A DNA stretch of 64,000 nucleotides from Eledone cirrhosa (lineage: Eukaryota), in assembly GCA_964016885.1 (NCBI GenBank), contig OZ024743.1, forward strand, positions 279,310,001 through 279,374,000, in the 5' to 3' direction. The position numbers were made by a program, and so were the translations under genes. Each line of letters starts with the position of its first letter. The first letter of the stretch is position 1. Below are positions 42,054 to 54,947 of this stretch, piece after piece. The notes beneath the pieces were generated by a model that saw only the letters and a program-made list of their open reading frames with translations, was not told the origin of the DNA and ran no database searches.

Positions 42054-44425
42054 TCATTCTGTTATTGCTATTGTCCTGTCCTTATATACGTCGATGAATT
42101 CGTCTCTGTGCTCTTCAGTAGAAATAATCAATGCTAGATATGTTTTATAACTATACACCCTCCTCGTTTTTAGTATAGATCCCATTTCACCAACCAGATC
42201 GCATGCAACAAACCACTTCTATCCCCATCAATGCCTTCAGTTTCTGATTCACGAAGTATAAGGCTCGAACTCAGGAAACGTAAGCTTACAAACAATCAGT
42301 AATTACACCGTTATGAAAATACCTTCTCCCATTCTCTTTCATGATAAATATAAATTGTATTTTCTTCATTTAGAAAAGTAGTATCCTGATTTCTTTACTT
42401 CTCTAACGCAAAATGCTTAAATATAATTGACCTCCTTGTTGGCAAAGCAATCTGAAGATCAAATCGGAGTCGAGTTTCGTTTCTTAAATGTGAAATCTAT
42501 ACTTGTTTATACGCCATTTTCAGCGCAAATGATCAACTGCGTAATATTCCCAAGTACTTCTTTGATCTCTCAATTATTTGTATGGTCGTATATTATCTCT
42601 GTGTTTCTTTCATTTTAGCCTTTCTCTGGATATCTAAGACATTCTTTGATCTCTTGCTGTATAAACAAAGAATATTAAGCTAAGAGAACTGTGTTCAATG
42701 ATATTCCACGATCATTCTCTGCTCAACGTATTTCAAAGGCCCGCCAGACATACAGTCATTTCAGTTCTAGCATATATCACTAGGTTCTTACTAGTATCAA
42801 ACAATTCCTAAAAGCACAAACTAATGCGTGAAACCACCATGAACTTCTAACAATACACCTTACTTATTCACTTAATTAATTCGTTCAACTATCACAATTT
42901 TAGTAGCACGGTTCTCTTCTATAAACTCTATGATACTATCACCTATTTTTAAAAGCTTTCATCTAATACTAACATCCCTTTACCATTTCTTAATTCTGCG
43001 ATAGCTTTTTACAATTAATTGTTCACATTCGTGTGCATATAAGTTGGTGGCATTTGTGTTTCTCATGACCCTAGGCACCACGCCATATATATATATACTG
43101 CCGTGAAACATACACTTGCCAACATTGACAGGGATTCATAGAAATGGTGCAGAAATTGCTGCGCTTGCTTGATGAACTCTGTCAATATATTGTCTTTTCT
43201 CGAAGCTTCGTCTTGCCCAGCTCTAAAATGGCTGATGTGTGAAGCACATCCTTCATAAGACAAACTCTCCATGACTGTGCCTCTAACCTAGCAAAGAAAG
43301 ATATAACGATATATGCGACACCGTTTACTAATTAGTTTTGGACACATTAGACAAGCGAGAAAAGCATAGCCCACACACGATTGAGCCGCAGCTCGCGGAC
43401 TTGAAATCTGTAATTGAGTCAAAGTCGTTAAGTAAAGAAAGAAGTTCAAGAAACGAAGCTCAACATGTTTATAGACGTTGTTCCGATGACTGTGCTGAAT
43501 GACCAACTAATAACGAGAAATCGACTTGCGTATGAAGGTAGAAAGAATGTATTCTGATATTACATTAACATCACAAATTGACAGTTCAGATGGAGAGATG
43601 TGTTGCTCACTACCAGATCTACAAACGAAGGTCACCGACACAAATGCCTGCATTTCAGATTATCGAGAGCTTATAATTATAAGAGAATTCTCTTATAGTA
43701 TATTAATCTATATATCCTTTCATATTTGATATATATCCTTACGATTTGATTTGTTATTGCATCGTTTCTATATTGATTTCATTAAAGTTTTCGAGAGAAA
43801 TTCTTTCGATTTCTAAAGTTTTCTCTATGTTTCTTTTAAAACTTTTTTTGCTGAGATTTTGATATGTGAAAGTATTTGAGTGTACTCACCACTTTTTAAC
43901 TGCTGTTTTACAGCATATATTATTTTGAGTATCCTCTTGATATTTGAATTCTTGTGCTTTCAGGATGTCTGCGTTTTGCTTTATTGTTGTTGATATATTA
44001 TCATGTTCACATAACATGCATAACAAGTCATGCAGAAAGACGTTCCAGAGGATTTACTCATCGTTGAATAACGTAAAAATGAAATATAAGATGAAGACTT
44101 GCACACAGTATAAAAGTTGCAGGATAACTGCAATGAAGGATACTATTATCCAATGATTCGTATATTTTCCTCACGTCACATTCTTAATAGCTAGCTCTAT
44201 ATCCGGTTGTGCCATTGTGTATTGGCCATTTTATAGACCAGAGACTATATTACATAATGTTTCCTTCTTTTATCAAGGCAGGGGATGATGGTAAGGGAGA
44301 AGGATTTGACTGCTATATTTAGCACGTCAAGTAAAAATGTAGAGGCACTCTCAAAGAAATACAATTGGTTGAGACATTTGGCTTAATATATTAGTCAAGC
44401 GAGCTCTAGTCCGTCATTTATTATT

Positions 44426-44527
44426 AATTGTTTCTACTTTTGGCACAAGGCCAGCAATTATTCTAGTGCATTACTGGTACTTTATTTTATCGACCCCGTA
44501 AGGATGAAAGGCAAAGTTAACCTCGGC
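44426..44527 (-). mobile_element. 3' part of the dominant SINE family
   Basis: aattgtttctacttttggcacaaggccagc...ttttatcgaccccgtaaggatgaaaggcaaag. Confidence 0.8.
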
Positions 44528-45083
44528 TACCCTAGAAGGCTCACTCGTTGTCTATAAGTGAGTAAATGTTTGGATTTTTACAAAATTTTGCAGATGGTTG
44601 CGCATACATTTAACTGGAAAAAAATTCCTATGTAATTCGGAAATATACAATTAGGGAAGTGTCTTGGAATATTTAGATGTTACTTGAGATGTCAAGTTTT
44701 AGTTAAACATCTGAAACTAGTCACGTTTGAATTCCACTATATACGTATTTATTTTATATTTATAATGTTTATATCCTAACATGGAATGTAGCATTCATTA
44801 ATTTTATGATAAACATTTTCTTTATATTTGTATACATTTGCGTCTGTGTTTCAAACATTCAATATCAATTACATTTAATTAGGGGTAATAGTGAGACATC
44901 AAATTGAATATGTGCAACACACACACATCATATACATAGTATTTCTATCTAAAGACATATTTTCCAATTCCATCCCGCCCGTCCCCTTAATCTATTTTAT
45001 TTCTCATTCTTTCTTCTGATGAAGGACTAGCGTACGAAACCTTAAGATCCTCTTCCTGCTATATCAAGCCTTAACCTAATCCT

Positions 45084-45113
<30 letters not shown>

Positions 45114-45115
<2 letters not shown>

Positions 45116-45303
45116 GTATAATAAACAATACAATATAATTACCTCATTACCAGAGGTTTCCCGAATAAGACGAATACGAAAAACGTCCTCATTTGTTTAC
45201 TGTATTGCCTTGTTCGACGAACGAATGAGGACGTTTTTCGTATTCGTCTTATTCGAGAAACCTCTGGTAATGAGGTAATTATATTGTATTGTTTATTATA
45301 CAT
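45114..45303. repeat. Fold-back of the 30.2 kb hammerhead terminus
   Basis: Arms ~45114-45198 and ~45220-45303. The loop holds stem I-5' and a mutated core (TCGACGA). The right arm continues as the 30.3 kb terminus to (TA)n. Confidence 0.9.
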
Positions 45304-45398
45304 AAAATTTTGCTCTGGTACTTACATAGAGCACTCTTCACTCCTATGACTTTTTCAATTTTCAACGGAAACTTCAATACCTATATATATATATATAT

Positions 45399-45600
45399 AT
45401 AATATATAAGATCAAAAGATGGTTAAAAGAGTTCCATGTATTTTATTATGCGCATTTCAAAAACAAATATCATCATGCAATAACATTTGTGTTTTCATCA
45501 GATAAAACACAAATGTTATTGCATGATGATATTTGTTTTTGAAATGCGCATAATAAAATACATGGAACTCTTTTAACCATCTTTTGATCTTATATATTAT
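45399..45600. repeat. Perfect hairpin with 97 bp arms and an 8 nt loop (catcagat)
   Basis: Arm coordinates sum to 90999; no mismatch seen by eye. Confidence 0.95.
45438..45510 (-). ncRNA. Type I hammerhead with palindromic stem III
   Basis: Minus strand: gtgttttat CTGATGA aaacacaaatgttatt gcat gatgatatttgttttt GAAA tgcgca TA ataaaatac. Confidence 0.88.
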
Positions 45601-45683
45601 GTATACTCCAGTCCTACAAATTGTAGAGTGCTTCTTATCCGATATCTGCATTGCTTTATTGTACTACAATAAATCTCACCTCC

Positions 45684-45736
<53 letters not shown>

Positions 45737-45766
45737 TTATTTATATTTACATATATATATATATAT

Positions 45767-45880
45767 TTATTAAAATAACAGATTAAAGTTTAAGCAAAGA
45801 ATCGCTGCTTTCACCCTTAACGGGATCTTCTGACACTAACAGTTAGTTTCAGAAGATCCAGTTAAGGGTGAAAGCAGCGA
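45767..45880. repeat. Penelope pLTR terminus (15.3/18.6 kb family) folded back on itself at 45802-45880
   Basis: tcgctgctttcacccttaacgggatcttctgacactaac-a-gttagtttcagaagatccagttaagggtgaaagcagcga. Confidence 0.88.
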
Positions 45881-46218
45881 GAATGCTGAGGATGGCTGTG
45901 AACATTAATCAGTATACACTGAGGATGAAAAACTCAGAGCTGTATGGGAGCCTCCCAAAAGTCAGCTCAAAAGTGACACAGAGGAGACTGAGGTTAGCTG
46001 GACATGCTCACCGACATCCAGAGTTGACATTGCACTCAGTGCTCCTTTGGGAGCCCCTACATGGACACACTAGAAGCGGAAGACCAAGGTTAACGTATGT
46101 TGATGCCCTAAGGACAGACACTGGTCTGTTGGAGACAGAGGACATGGCAGCGATAATGAGGGACAGAGACTGCTGGAGAGAACTCGTCCATAGATCTCGG
46201 GAATTTTACCCGCCTTAG
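45880..46218 (+). mobile_element. RTE-like LINE 3' end
   Basis: RMLRMAVNI..MKNSELYGSLPKVSSKVTQRRLRLAGHAHRH..GRPRLTYVDALRTD..DRDCWRELV. Confidence 0.85.
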
Positions 46219-46448
46219 AATATATGTATATATATATATATATAAAAATATAAATTTACAGAGAATCGCATTTCGGCGGGTGGAAATTAGCGAAATGCAA
46301 GTTCCGTATTGTGCAGACAAGCGTTCCATGGATATAAAGATACCAGAGCTATAAACATAAGTTAAATGGTCATACAACTGAGACGATGATTAAGAAGCCA
46401 TTAACCACTTTCGCCAAAAAAGCGAACAAGCTAAACGGGTCAAACAAA

Positions 46449-47352
46449 TCAACTCGAAATTGATTGACATATATGTATATTTAAAATAAACACATGAAAC
46501 AATCACAGGGGATAATTTGTAACTAATTAACTAATTAAAGTTTAATTAAGGTAACTAATTAAAGTTTAACTAGAGCTTCAAATATTACCCTTTAAACAAT
46601 GATTAATCTCCTTGTATATATTTCATTAAAGAAATATATTTCACCAATAATCCGTAACGTCACAGCAGTCAATATTGGATCTTCAGCAAGAGGGAAGAAA
46701 TAACTATCTGTGTTTACACATCAAATGCAAATCTGCGAGTGACCCGTCGCACGTGTTGCAATTCTAAAACTACTGACAACATGCTAGCGACCTTCCACTG
46801 GCGTGAATAGGGTGATCGACAGCTATAAATAGCAGCCGAGTCCTTTCAACCGATTTAGCTCTACAATTAAGGAGCCGTTTATATATCCGAAATAAATTTA
46901 ATTTAATTAAATTAAGGGAGTCATATCCGAGACAAGTGATTGACATATATATTTATTTAAAATAAACATGTTGTTAGTAGTTTTAGAATTTATATATATA
47001 TATTTAAAATAGCATGTTGTTAGTAATTTTAGGTTTGCAGCCTTGTGCGACGGGTCACTCGCAGATTTGCATTTGATGTGTAAACACAGACAGTTATTTC
47101 TTCCCTCTTGCTGAAGATCCAAGATTTGACTGCTGTGACTTTACGGATTATTGGTGAAATATATTTCTTTAATGAAATATATACAAGGAGGATTAATCAT
47201 TTTTTTAAAAGGTAATATTTGAAGCTCTAGTTAAACTTTAATTAGTTACCTACCTAGCTATGTGTGATTAAACACTTTACAAATTATCCCCTGTGATTGT
47301 TTCATGTGTTTATTTTAAATGTATATATATGTCAACCAATTTCTAGTTGATA
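46449..47352. repeat. Older imperfect inverted repeat (~340 bp arms, 46449-46786 / 47010-47352) containing an interrupted hammerhead
   Basis: Shared blocks such as gcaaatctgcgagtgacccgtcgcac / gtgcgacgggtcactcgcagatttgc. HHR-like motif at 47105-47190. Confidence 0.85.
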
Positions 47353-47467
47353 TAAAATGCTCGGATCTATTCATTGGCATCTTTGAGCTTATTCTACGGT
47401 GGATATGGCGCATGTCTCGGACATGACTCCCTTAATTTAATTTAATTAAATTTATTTCGGATATATA

Positions 47468-47646
47468 TAGGCTTAAAAATAGAATGAGAATAAGAAAGCA
47501 AGAACGGGGGCGGGGGTAGTTTTCCTCATCAGTTGTCTACTGGGGGTCTCGTATATTTCAACGCTTTCCGAGACCGCCAGTAGACAACTGATTAGGACCA
47601 CACCCGTTCTTGCTTTCTTCTTATTCTCATTCCATTCTTAAGCCTA
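47468..47646. repeat. Imperfect hairpin element next to (TA)n
   Basis: taggcttaa.aat.gaatgagaataagaa / ttattctcattccattcttaagccta and tcagttgtctactgg / ccagtagacaactga. Confidence 0.8.
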
Positions 47647-47674
47647 CCTTAACTAGCAACTACACACGCAATCC

Positions 47675-47854
<180 letters not shown>

Positions 47855-48487
47855 TATATTACCTCAGTGTACCATTAAGTATTCAAGTGTTGATGTTGGT
47901 TTTGTTGTCAATGTTGTTCATGTTTTTATATACAAAATCAAGTCATCCGGAATTTAATTTTTGCTGTTGTAAATTCTGATAAACAATTTATTCTCAGAAA
48001 AATTAGTGATTTAGACTTCCTAAGTTCGGGAGGGAAATTTCAGGAAGTGCAGAAACATTTATAGAATGACAGATCTGTCAAATCTCCCTAACCGACTGGA
48101 AGATATCCCCCTCACTTTGGGGTGGGTCAGAGATATCTTCTGTTGTTAAAATGGGTTTATCCCCTATTAGGGTGTCTTAATATTATTGAAATTTGCTGAA
48201 ATAGGCATCATATTTCTGAATAGGCATCACATCTTGTCATTTACCTATGGTTTAAATTTCATATAAATCGAAGGGAAAAAATATTCAGCGGGTGTCTGTG
48301 CCCCCCGCAACCCTTTGATTAAAATGAAATATACTTATCCAAGTACCCTGGGCAATGTAGTTTCAGAATATATATGGTTATGGGGGTCTATCTCCAAAAC
48401 CATAGGAGGAGTTCGTGAATAAACAAACAAACAAACAGACAAGAAGTACATCTTTATTTATAAAAATTTTAGCTGCGAGCACACTAC

Positions 48488-48519
<32 letters not shown>

Positions 48520-48592
48520 CTTCTTCTTCTTCTTCTTCTTCTTCTTCTTCTTCTTCTTCTTCTTCTTCTTCTTCTTCTTCTCCTTCTTCTTC
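48488..48592 (+). repeat. (CTT)n microsatellite
   Basis: Direct reading. Confidence 0.95.
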
Positions 48593-48923
48593 TATCTACT
48601 TCCCCATCATTTTGTTCACCACCGTATCTCCCCCTCTTATCAACTTCTTGCTGCGTGTCAATATCTAGTAGCCATTTTATTTCAATATGAAATTATATTT
48701 AAAGGCCGATGACGTCCATTTTTTAGTCCTACTCTTGATGTTTCTTATATAGGTAAGAATCAGTTTCGTTAATATTTTTAATACTTTTCCACATCAAAAT
48801 CTTTATTTCAATGCGGCCAGTTTTTTTTATGTTGTCATTTTCGTTTTAAAGGTTGTCGTGTTTACCAATGAGCAAGATCGATATGAATTCTCTGATGCTA
48901 TTATTATTTTGACTTTCGTTGTA

Positions 48924-49114
48924 GGGCGGTGGATTGGCAGTATCGGTAGAGAGTTGGACACCATGCTTTTCAGCATAGAATTACGGTCCTTTACGGTCTG
49001 AGTTCAAATCCCGCCGAGGTTGACTTTGCCTTTCATCCTTACGGGGTCGATAAAATAAAGTACCAGTAATGAACTGTGTATTTGCTGGCCTTGTGCCTAA
49101 AGTAGAAACAATTA
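48924..49114 (+). mobile_element. Full-length tRNA-derived SINE (central domain resembles Meta-type SINE domains)
   Basis: A box tggcagtatcgg, B box gagttcaaatcc, body gactttgcctttcatccttacggggtcgataaaataaagtaccag, AT-rich tail. About ten copies in the window. Confidence 0.85.
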
Positions 49115-49149
49115 TTTAAAATGTTTTGTTAGTTTATGTTGAATGATAT

Positions 49150-49380
49150 ACTACTACTACTACTACTACAACTACTACTACGGCTGCTGCTACTGCTGCT
49201 ACTACTACCACTACTAGAACTACTACCACTACTACTACTACTACTACTACGACTGCTGCTGCTGTAACTACTACTACTACTACCACTACTACTACGGCTG
49301 CTGCTGCTGCTACTACTACTACTACTACTACTACAACTACTACCACTACTACTCTACTACTACTAAGGCTGCTACTACTA

Positions 49381-49415
<35 letters not shown>

Positions 49416-49482
49416 ACTACTACTACTACTACTACCACTACTACAATTACTACCACTACTACTACTACTACTACGGGGCCTG

Positions 49483-49513
<31 letters not shown>

Positions 49514-49580
49514 CACTACTACTACTACAACAACTACTACTACGGATGCTGCTGCTGCTACTACTACTACTACTACTATA
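49150..49580 (+). repeat. (CTA)n/(CTG)n compound trinucleotide tract
   Basis: Direct reading. Confidence 0.95.
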
Positions 49581-49717
49581 GTTTGTATCTGGAGATTTCC
49601 CTCCACGGCAGAACACTGGCCAAGATATTGTGTGGGAGATCAGCAGTTGCCTAAGTTCACCTTCTCCGTTGCTACTTCACCGAAGTCATCCAAAGGAAAG
49701 GCAAAGGTCGATAGAGG

Positions 49718-51744
49718 TTGGTATCAATGCAGGGGCATGAGGATAGAGAAAAAGCCCTCAATGCCCATATGGTGATGTGGACGAATATAATGCAGCCCAA
49801 CAAAAGGACCGCCAACAACTTCCAGGCCTGCAACAATGACGTGCCGGCGTTGTATGGGCTTCGAAAAGACCATAAAACGGGCTGTGACCCTGTCGCGGGA
49901 CCACCAACACGGCCAGTATGTGGAGCTAACATTGCTAGTAACTACAGACTGTCCTACTTCCTCTCCCTGATCATACGCCCCATCATTGAAATGTCCCCAG
50001 ATGTATGTGACAGCACGGAGGACCTCCTCAGCAGAATCGGCGTGAGTAACCGATCTGGGGACCTAACAAACTGCATAATAGGCAGTATGGATGTTGTGTC
50101 CCTGTATCCATCTATTGACGTGGATTTTGCTGTGGAGAAATGCGTAGAAATGATCAGTGAGAGCAAGGTTGAGTTCCGTGGGATTGATACCAGTGAGCTG
50201 GGACTCCTACTTAAGCTTACCTATAGTAATAGTTACCTAGACACATATGACCTTAGCAACCTGTGCCCTACAAGACCAGCAAGAGGCAGACCACCTACCA
50301 TTACCTCAGTGGCCAAGAAAACCCACACAGATAGATGGAACGGGTGGACCAGAGCCATACGGACACCCGAAAACCACGATGAACTGAAGAAAATGATTGC
50401 ACATGCGGTAGGGGCCAGCATAAAACTAACCCTTAAGGAACATATGTTCAAATTTAATGGAAAAACATATGCCCAAGAGGAAGGAGCAGCCATTGGTGTT
50501 AGCCTTGCAGGCGACATAGCTAACTTATTCATGGTATGGTGGGACAGTAGACTTAAACTTAAACTTAAAGAACAGTTAGAAGACCCCTTAACCCTGATAA
50601 TGTACTCCCGCTACGTAGATGATATAAACATCGTAGTTAAGACACCCCCACTAGAGAACAGTCAGGAACTAGAGAAAAACACAATGGAAAGCATCCAGCA
50701 AATAGCAAACTCCATCCACCAGAGCATTAGAGTTACTATAGACTACCCAAGTAAACACCCCAACCATCGATTACCTGTACTAGACACAGAGCTCTGGTTA
50801 GATACCATTAACAACAAAAAAGAAATCCTCCATTCCCATTATGCCAAACCCATGACTTCCAAACATCTGATCCACCGAAACTCGGCCATTTCGGACCATA
50901 CCAAAATCAACATACTGATTGCGGATTTGGTACGGGTGATGAGAAATGTGTCCCGCATGTGCAACCCCGGAAGAACTAGAGAGACACATACAACACTTCA
51001 TCCACCGTATGCAGTTCTCTGGCTACAATCAGAGAGATAGAATCAGAGTGTATAGAGGAGCCAGAACCAAATGGGAAAAAAATGGTTAATAATGACATAA
51101 ATGGGACCTGCCCCTTGTATAGGAGCAAATTTTGGAATAGAATAGAAAGAACTAGGAACAAGGCTAATAGAATAAACTCATGGTATGATAGCAATAAATA
51201 CCAGAGTGTAATGTTCATCGATACAACCCCTAGAGGTGAACTAGCTTACAAATTTAGAAGGGCCCTAAATAAACATAAACTCAATATTAAGATAGTAGAA
51301 AGACCAGGTACCTCCGTAAAAACACTTATTAGCAAGACATACCCTTTTCAAAGACCCTCATGTATAGATAAGAAATGTGTAACCTGTAAAATAAGCCCCC
51401 ATATTAACTGTAAAACTAGAAATGTAGTGTATAGCATAAGATGTACTGAAGGACAATGTAGAGACAAAAATATAGTGTACATAGGTGAGACAGCTCGTAG
51501 TGTAGGGGAACGGATAAATGAACACTGGCGAGACCTTCAAGATAATAAAGAATTATCTGTACTCTACTAACATGCTAAGATAGAACACAAAGGTAAATTA
51601 GAGAACATAGAAATAAAAATAGAATCTACACACAGAAAAGACGCAATGTTTAGACAAATTACAGAGGCAATAAACATAAAAGAATTACAACCAAAATTAA
51701 ATAGAAAATATGAGTGGAACAGCAACATCACAACTTACAATTAA
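49718..51744 (+). pseudogene. Penelope-like element of a second, divergent clade (RT plus C-terminal GIY-YIG), 5'-truncated, with a frameshift near 50968 and a stop at 51568
   Basis: LYGLRKDHK, PTRPVCG, GSMDVVSLYPSI, QEEGAAIGVSLAGDIANLFM, YSRYVDDI, LPVLDTEL, CVTC..C and VVYSIRC..VYIGETARSVGERINEH. Confidence 0.92.
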
Positions 51745-51952
51745 GGACAAAATGAAAACACACACACACACATAGAACAAACAACCAACCAGTAGCCAGT
51801 AACATGTAAATAAACAAATAGATAAATGAACATAAACACACACAGACACCCGGATGTGGCGCATGCGCAGACTGAGCACACAACACACACACAGAAACAA
51901 AATGGCGTAGGACAGAACAAAGGAGAGGCACAGAAACAAAGAAGGAATCCCC

Positions 51953-51997
51953 AGTCACTGAAGAGGTCACAGAGTGTGTGACGAAAGAACTATGACT
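51953..51997 (+). ncRNA. Minimal type I hammerhead in the 3' UTR of the 49.7-51.7 kb Penelope-like element
   Basis: agtca CTGAAGA g gtcaca gagtg tgtgac GAAA gaac TA tgact. Intact core, sense to the ORF. Confidence 0.88.
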
Positions 51998-52209
51998 ATA
52001 TATAAACAACTATCTGGTTGTGGAACCAACCAACCAACCAGAAATTTATAAATTTGTAAATTTATAAATTTATAAATATATAATAAATTGAAGTGAAAGC
52101 AACTGGTGCGCGTGTTTCTTATTGGCAACATGACCCTCCCAAAGTATAACAATATCGGTTTCAACACACGATTTCAGATAAAGAATCTTGCTAAACAAAT
52201 TCAGAAACG

Positions 52210-52278
<69 letters not shown>

Positions 52279-52381
52279 TACATATATATACATATGTATA
52301 TATATATATATATATATGTATATATGTGGGTATATATATATATATGTATATATGTGGGTGACAGTATATATACATATATAC

Positions 52382-52414
<33 letters not shown>

Positions 52415-52476
52415 CATATGTATATATATGTATATATGTATATATATATATATATATATACATATATATACATATG

Positions 52477-52513
<37 letters not shown>

Positions 52514-52550
52514 ATATATATACATACATATATACATATATATACATATG

Positions 52551-52581
<31 letters not shown>

Positions 52582-52877
52582 GTATATATGCATATATACT
52601 GTCACCCACACATACATTTGCTCAATTTCTAATGGCGTACATAAATGATAATCTGTAGAGTTTATGTCACATTAGATGTGAATTTAGCTTAAAGCCAAAC
52701 TTTGGGTAGAATAAATTTACTCATGTTTTTTGTTGGTATATATTTTTTACCTCCATAATAATCTACATCTTGCTGTTACTATTAATATTGTTGTTAATGT
52801 TAATGTTGCTTTTGTTGTCACTGTTGTTCATGTTATCTACTTCCTTAAGGCATCTCATTAATGCAAAGTCGCTTCTT

Positions 52878-52908
<31 letters not shown>

Positions 52909-52986
52909 CTGTCTGTGTGTGTGTGTACATGTGTGTGTGTGTGTGTGTATCTATTGTCTATATATCTATATATCTATGTATGTATG

Positions 52987-53040
<54 letters not shown>

Positions 53041-53159
53041 TATAAATAAATTGCTATATATATTTATATTATTTTTATCACTTGTTTTCCTATGAATAGT
53101 TTTAAAGCAATTTTGATCCACATGTCTTGAATGGCCAACAAAATTAATGGTTAAATAAT

Positions 53160-53776
53160 AATAATTGTTTCTACTTTTGGCACAAGGCCAGCAATTATTC
53201 CAGTGTATTACTAGTACTTTATTTTATCGACTCCGTAAGGATGAAAGGCAAAGTTAACCTCGGCGGGATTTGAACTCAGATCATAAAGGGACGTAACTCT
53301 ATGCTTCAAAGGATGGTGTCCGATCCACAGCCCTTGGTGAAATAATAATAATAATAATTGATTCTACATTTGGCACCAGGCCAGCAAATTTGTGGGAGGG
53401 GAAAGTCGATTAAATCGACCTCAATGTATTACTTGTGCTTTATTTTATCGCTGTCGTAAGAATGAAAGGCAAAGATAACCTCGGTGGGATTTGAACTCAG
53501 AACCTAACGGTCTGTAACTCTATGCTGTAAAGCATGGTGCCCGACGCTCTACTGGGACTGCCAATCCACATGCCACAAAGTATGTTGCATAATAAAAATA
53601 ATTGTTTCTACTTTAGGCACAAGGCCAGCAAAATACCCAGTGTATTACTGGTACTTTATTTTACTGACCCCGTAAGGATGAAAGGCAAAGTTAATCTCGT
53701 CGGGATTTGAGCTCAGATCGTAAAGGGACGTAACTATGCTGGAAAGTATGGCGGCCGACCCTCTACCGATACTGCA
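53160..53776 (-). mobile_element. Three head-to-tail copies of the dominant SINE (~53160-53335, ~53352-53570, ~53598-53776)
   Basis: Each begins on + with ataattg.ttctac.tt.ggcac.aggccagc and contains gaaaggcaaag..gggatttga.ctcaga. Confidence 0.88.
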
Positions 53777-54041
53777 ATAAAACTAATGATAATAATAATA
53801 ATAATAATAATAATATTGTTGTTGTTATTGTTTTTATTATTTTCATTAATATCATTATCATTATTACTTTGAAAATATTAATAGCGATATTCATTATATA
53901 AAATCTGCATTTTGTAATCATATGAATTTGAATAATAATGATAGTTATGATGGTTACGGTGATTATTTACATATTTTAAGAATCAACGTAGATTATTATT
54001 TTTTGCAGATACAAAATATATTACAACACATAAACATAAAC

Positions 54042-54133
<92 letters not shown>

Positions 54134-54160
54134 GTATATATGTATATATGTATATATATG

Positions 54161-54197
<37 letters not shown>

Positions 54198-54268
54198 GTA
54201 TATATGTATATATGTATATATATGTATATATATATATATATGTATATATGTATATATGTATATATATG

Positions 54269-54325
<57 letters not shown>

Positions 54326-54346
54326 ATATATGTATATATATGTATA

Positions 54347-54691
54347 TATATTAATAAGAGGAATTCCAACTTTGTCTGATTTACTCGTTTTATTTACAAT
54401 CCTTTAAAATATATATAATGGTATTATAATGAAATAGTATGATAGAATATTAAATTCTAAGTGTTAATTGAACAAGTACTTTCATGCTTTCGCAGTTGAA
54501 AATTGCAAACTCGACTGTCACCACATATCATGAACCTGAAGATTGCGAAAGCATGAAAGTACTTGTTCAATTAACACTTAGAATTTAATATTCTATCATA
54601 CTATTTCATTATAATACCATTATATATATTTTAAAGGATTGTAAATAAAACGAGTAAATCAGACAAAGTTGGAATTCCTCTTATTAATATA
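54347..54691. repeat. Hairpin with 148 bp arms and a 49 nt loop
   Basis: Arm coordinates sum to 109038; no mismatch seen by eye. The left end abuts a TA-rich tract. Confidence 0.95.
54531..54569 (+). ncRNA. Minimal type I hammerhead spanning the loop and right arm of the hairpin
   Basis: tgaac CTGAAGA t tgc gaaa gca t GAAA gtac TT gttca. Palindromic AGTACT stem III. Confidence 0.88.
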
Positions 54692-54743
54692 ATCTTCTAT
54701 ACACAATCATACACACCCGTGTATATTTACCTATCTATATCTA

Positions 54744-54784
<41 letters not shown>

Positions 54785-54914
54785 GTATATATGTATATAT
54801 ATATATATGTATATATGTATATATATATATATGTATATATGTATATATATATATATGTATATATATGTATATACATATATATGTATATATATATATATGT
54901 ATATATGTATATAT

Positions 54915-54946
<32 letters not shown>

Positions 54947-54947
54947 A

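Noticed and set aside
43063-43729. Short non-repetitive ORFs as possible host exons
   Set aside because: No recognisable domain or consistent splice pattern.
48415-49616. Poly-Leu, poly-Ser and poly-Val ORFs
   Set aside because: Trinucleotide repeat translations.
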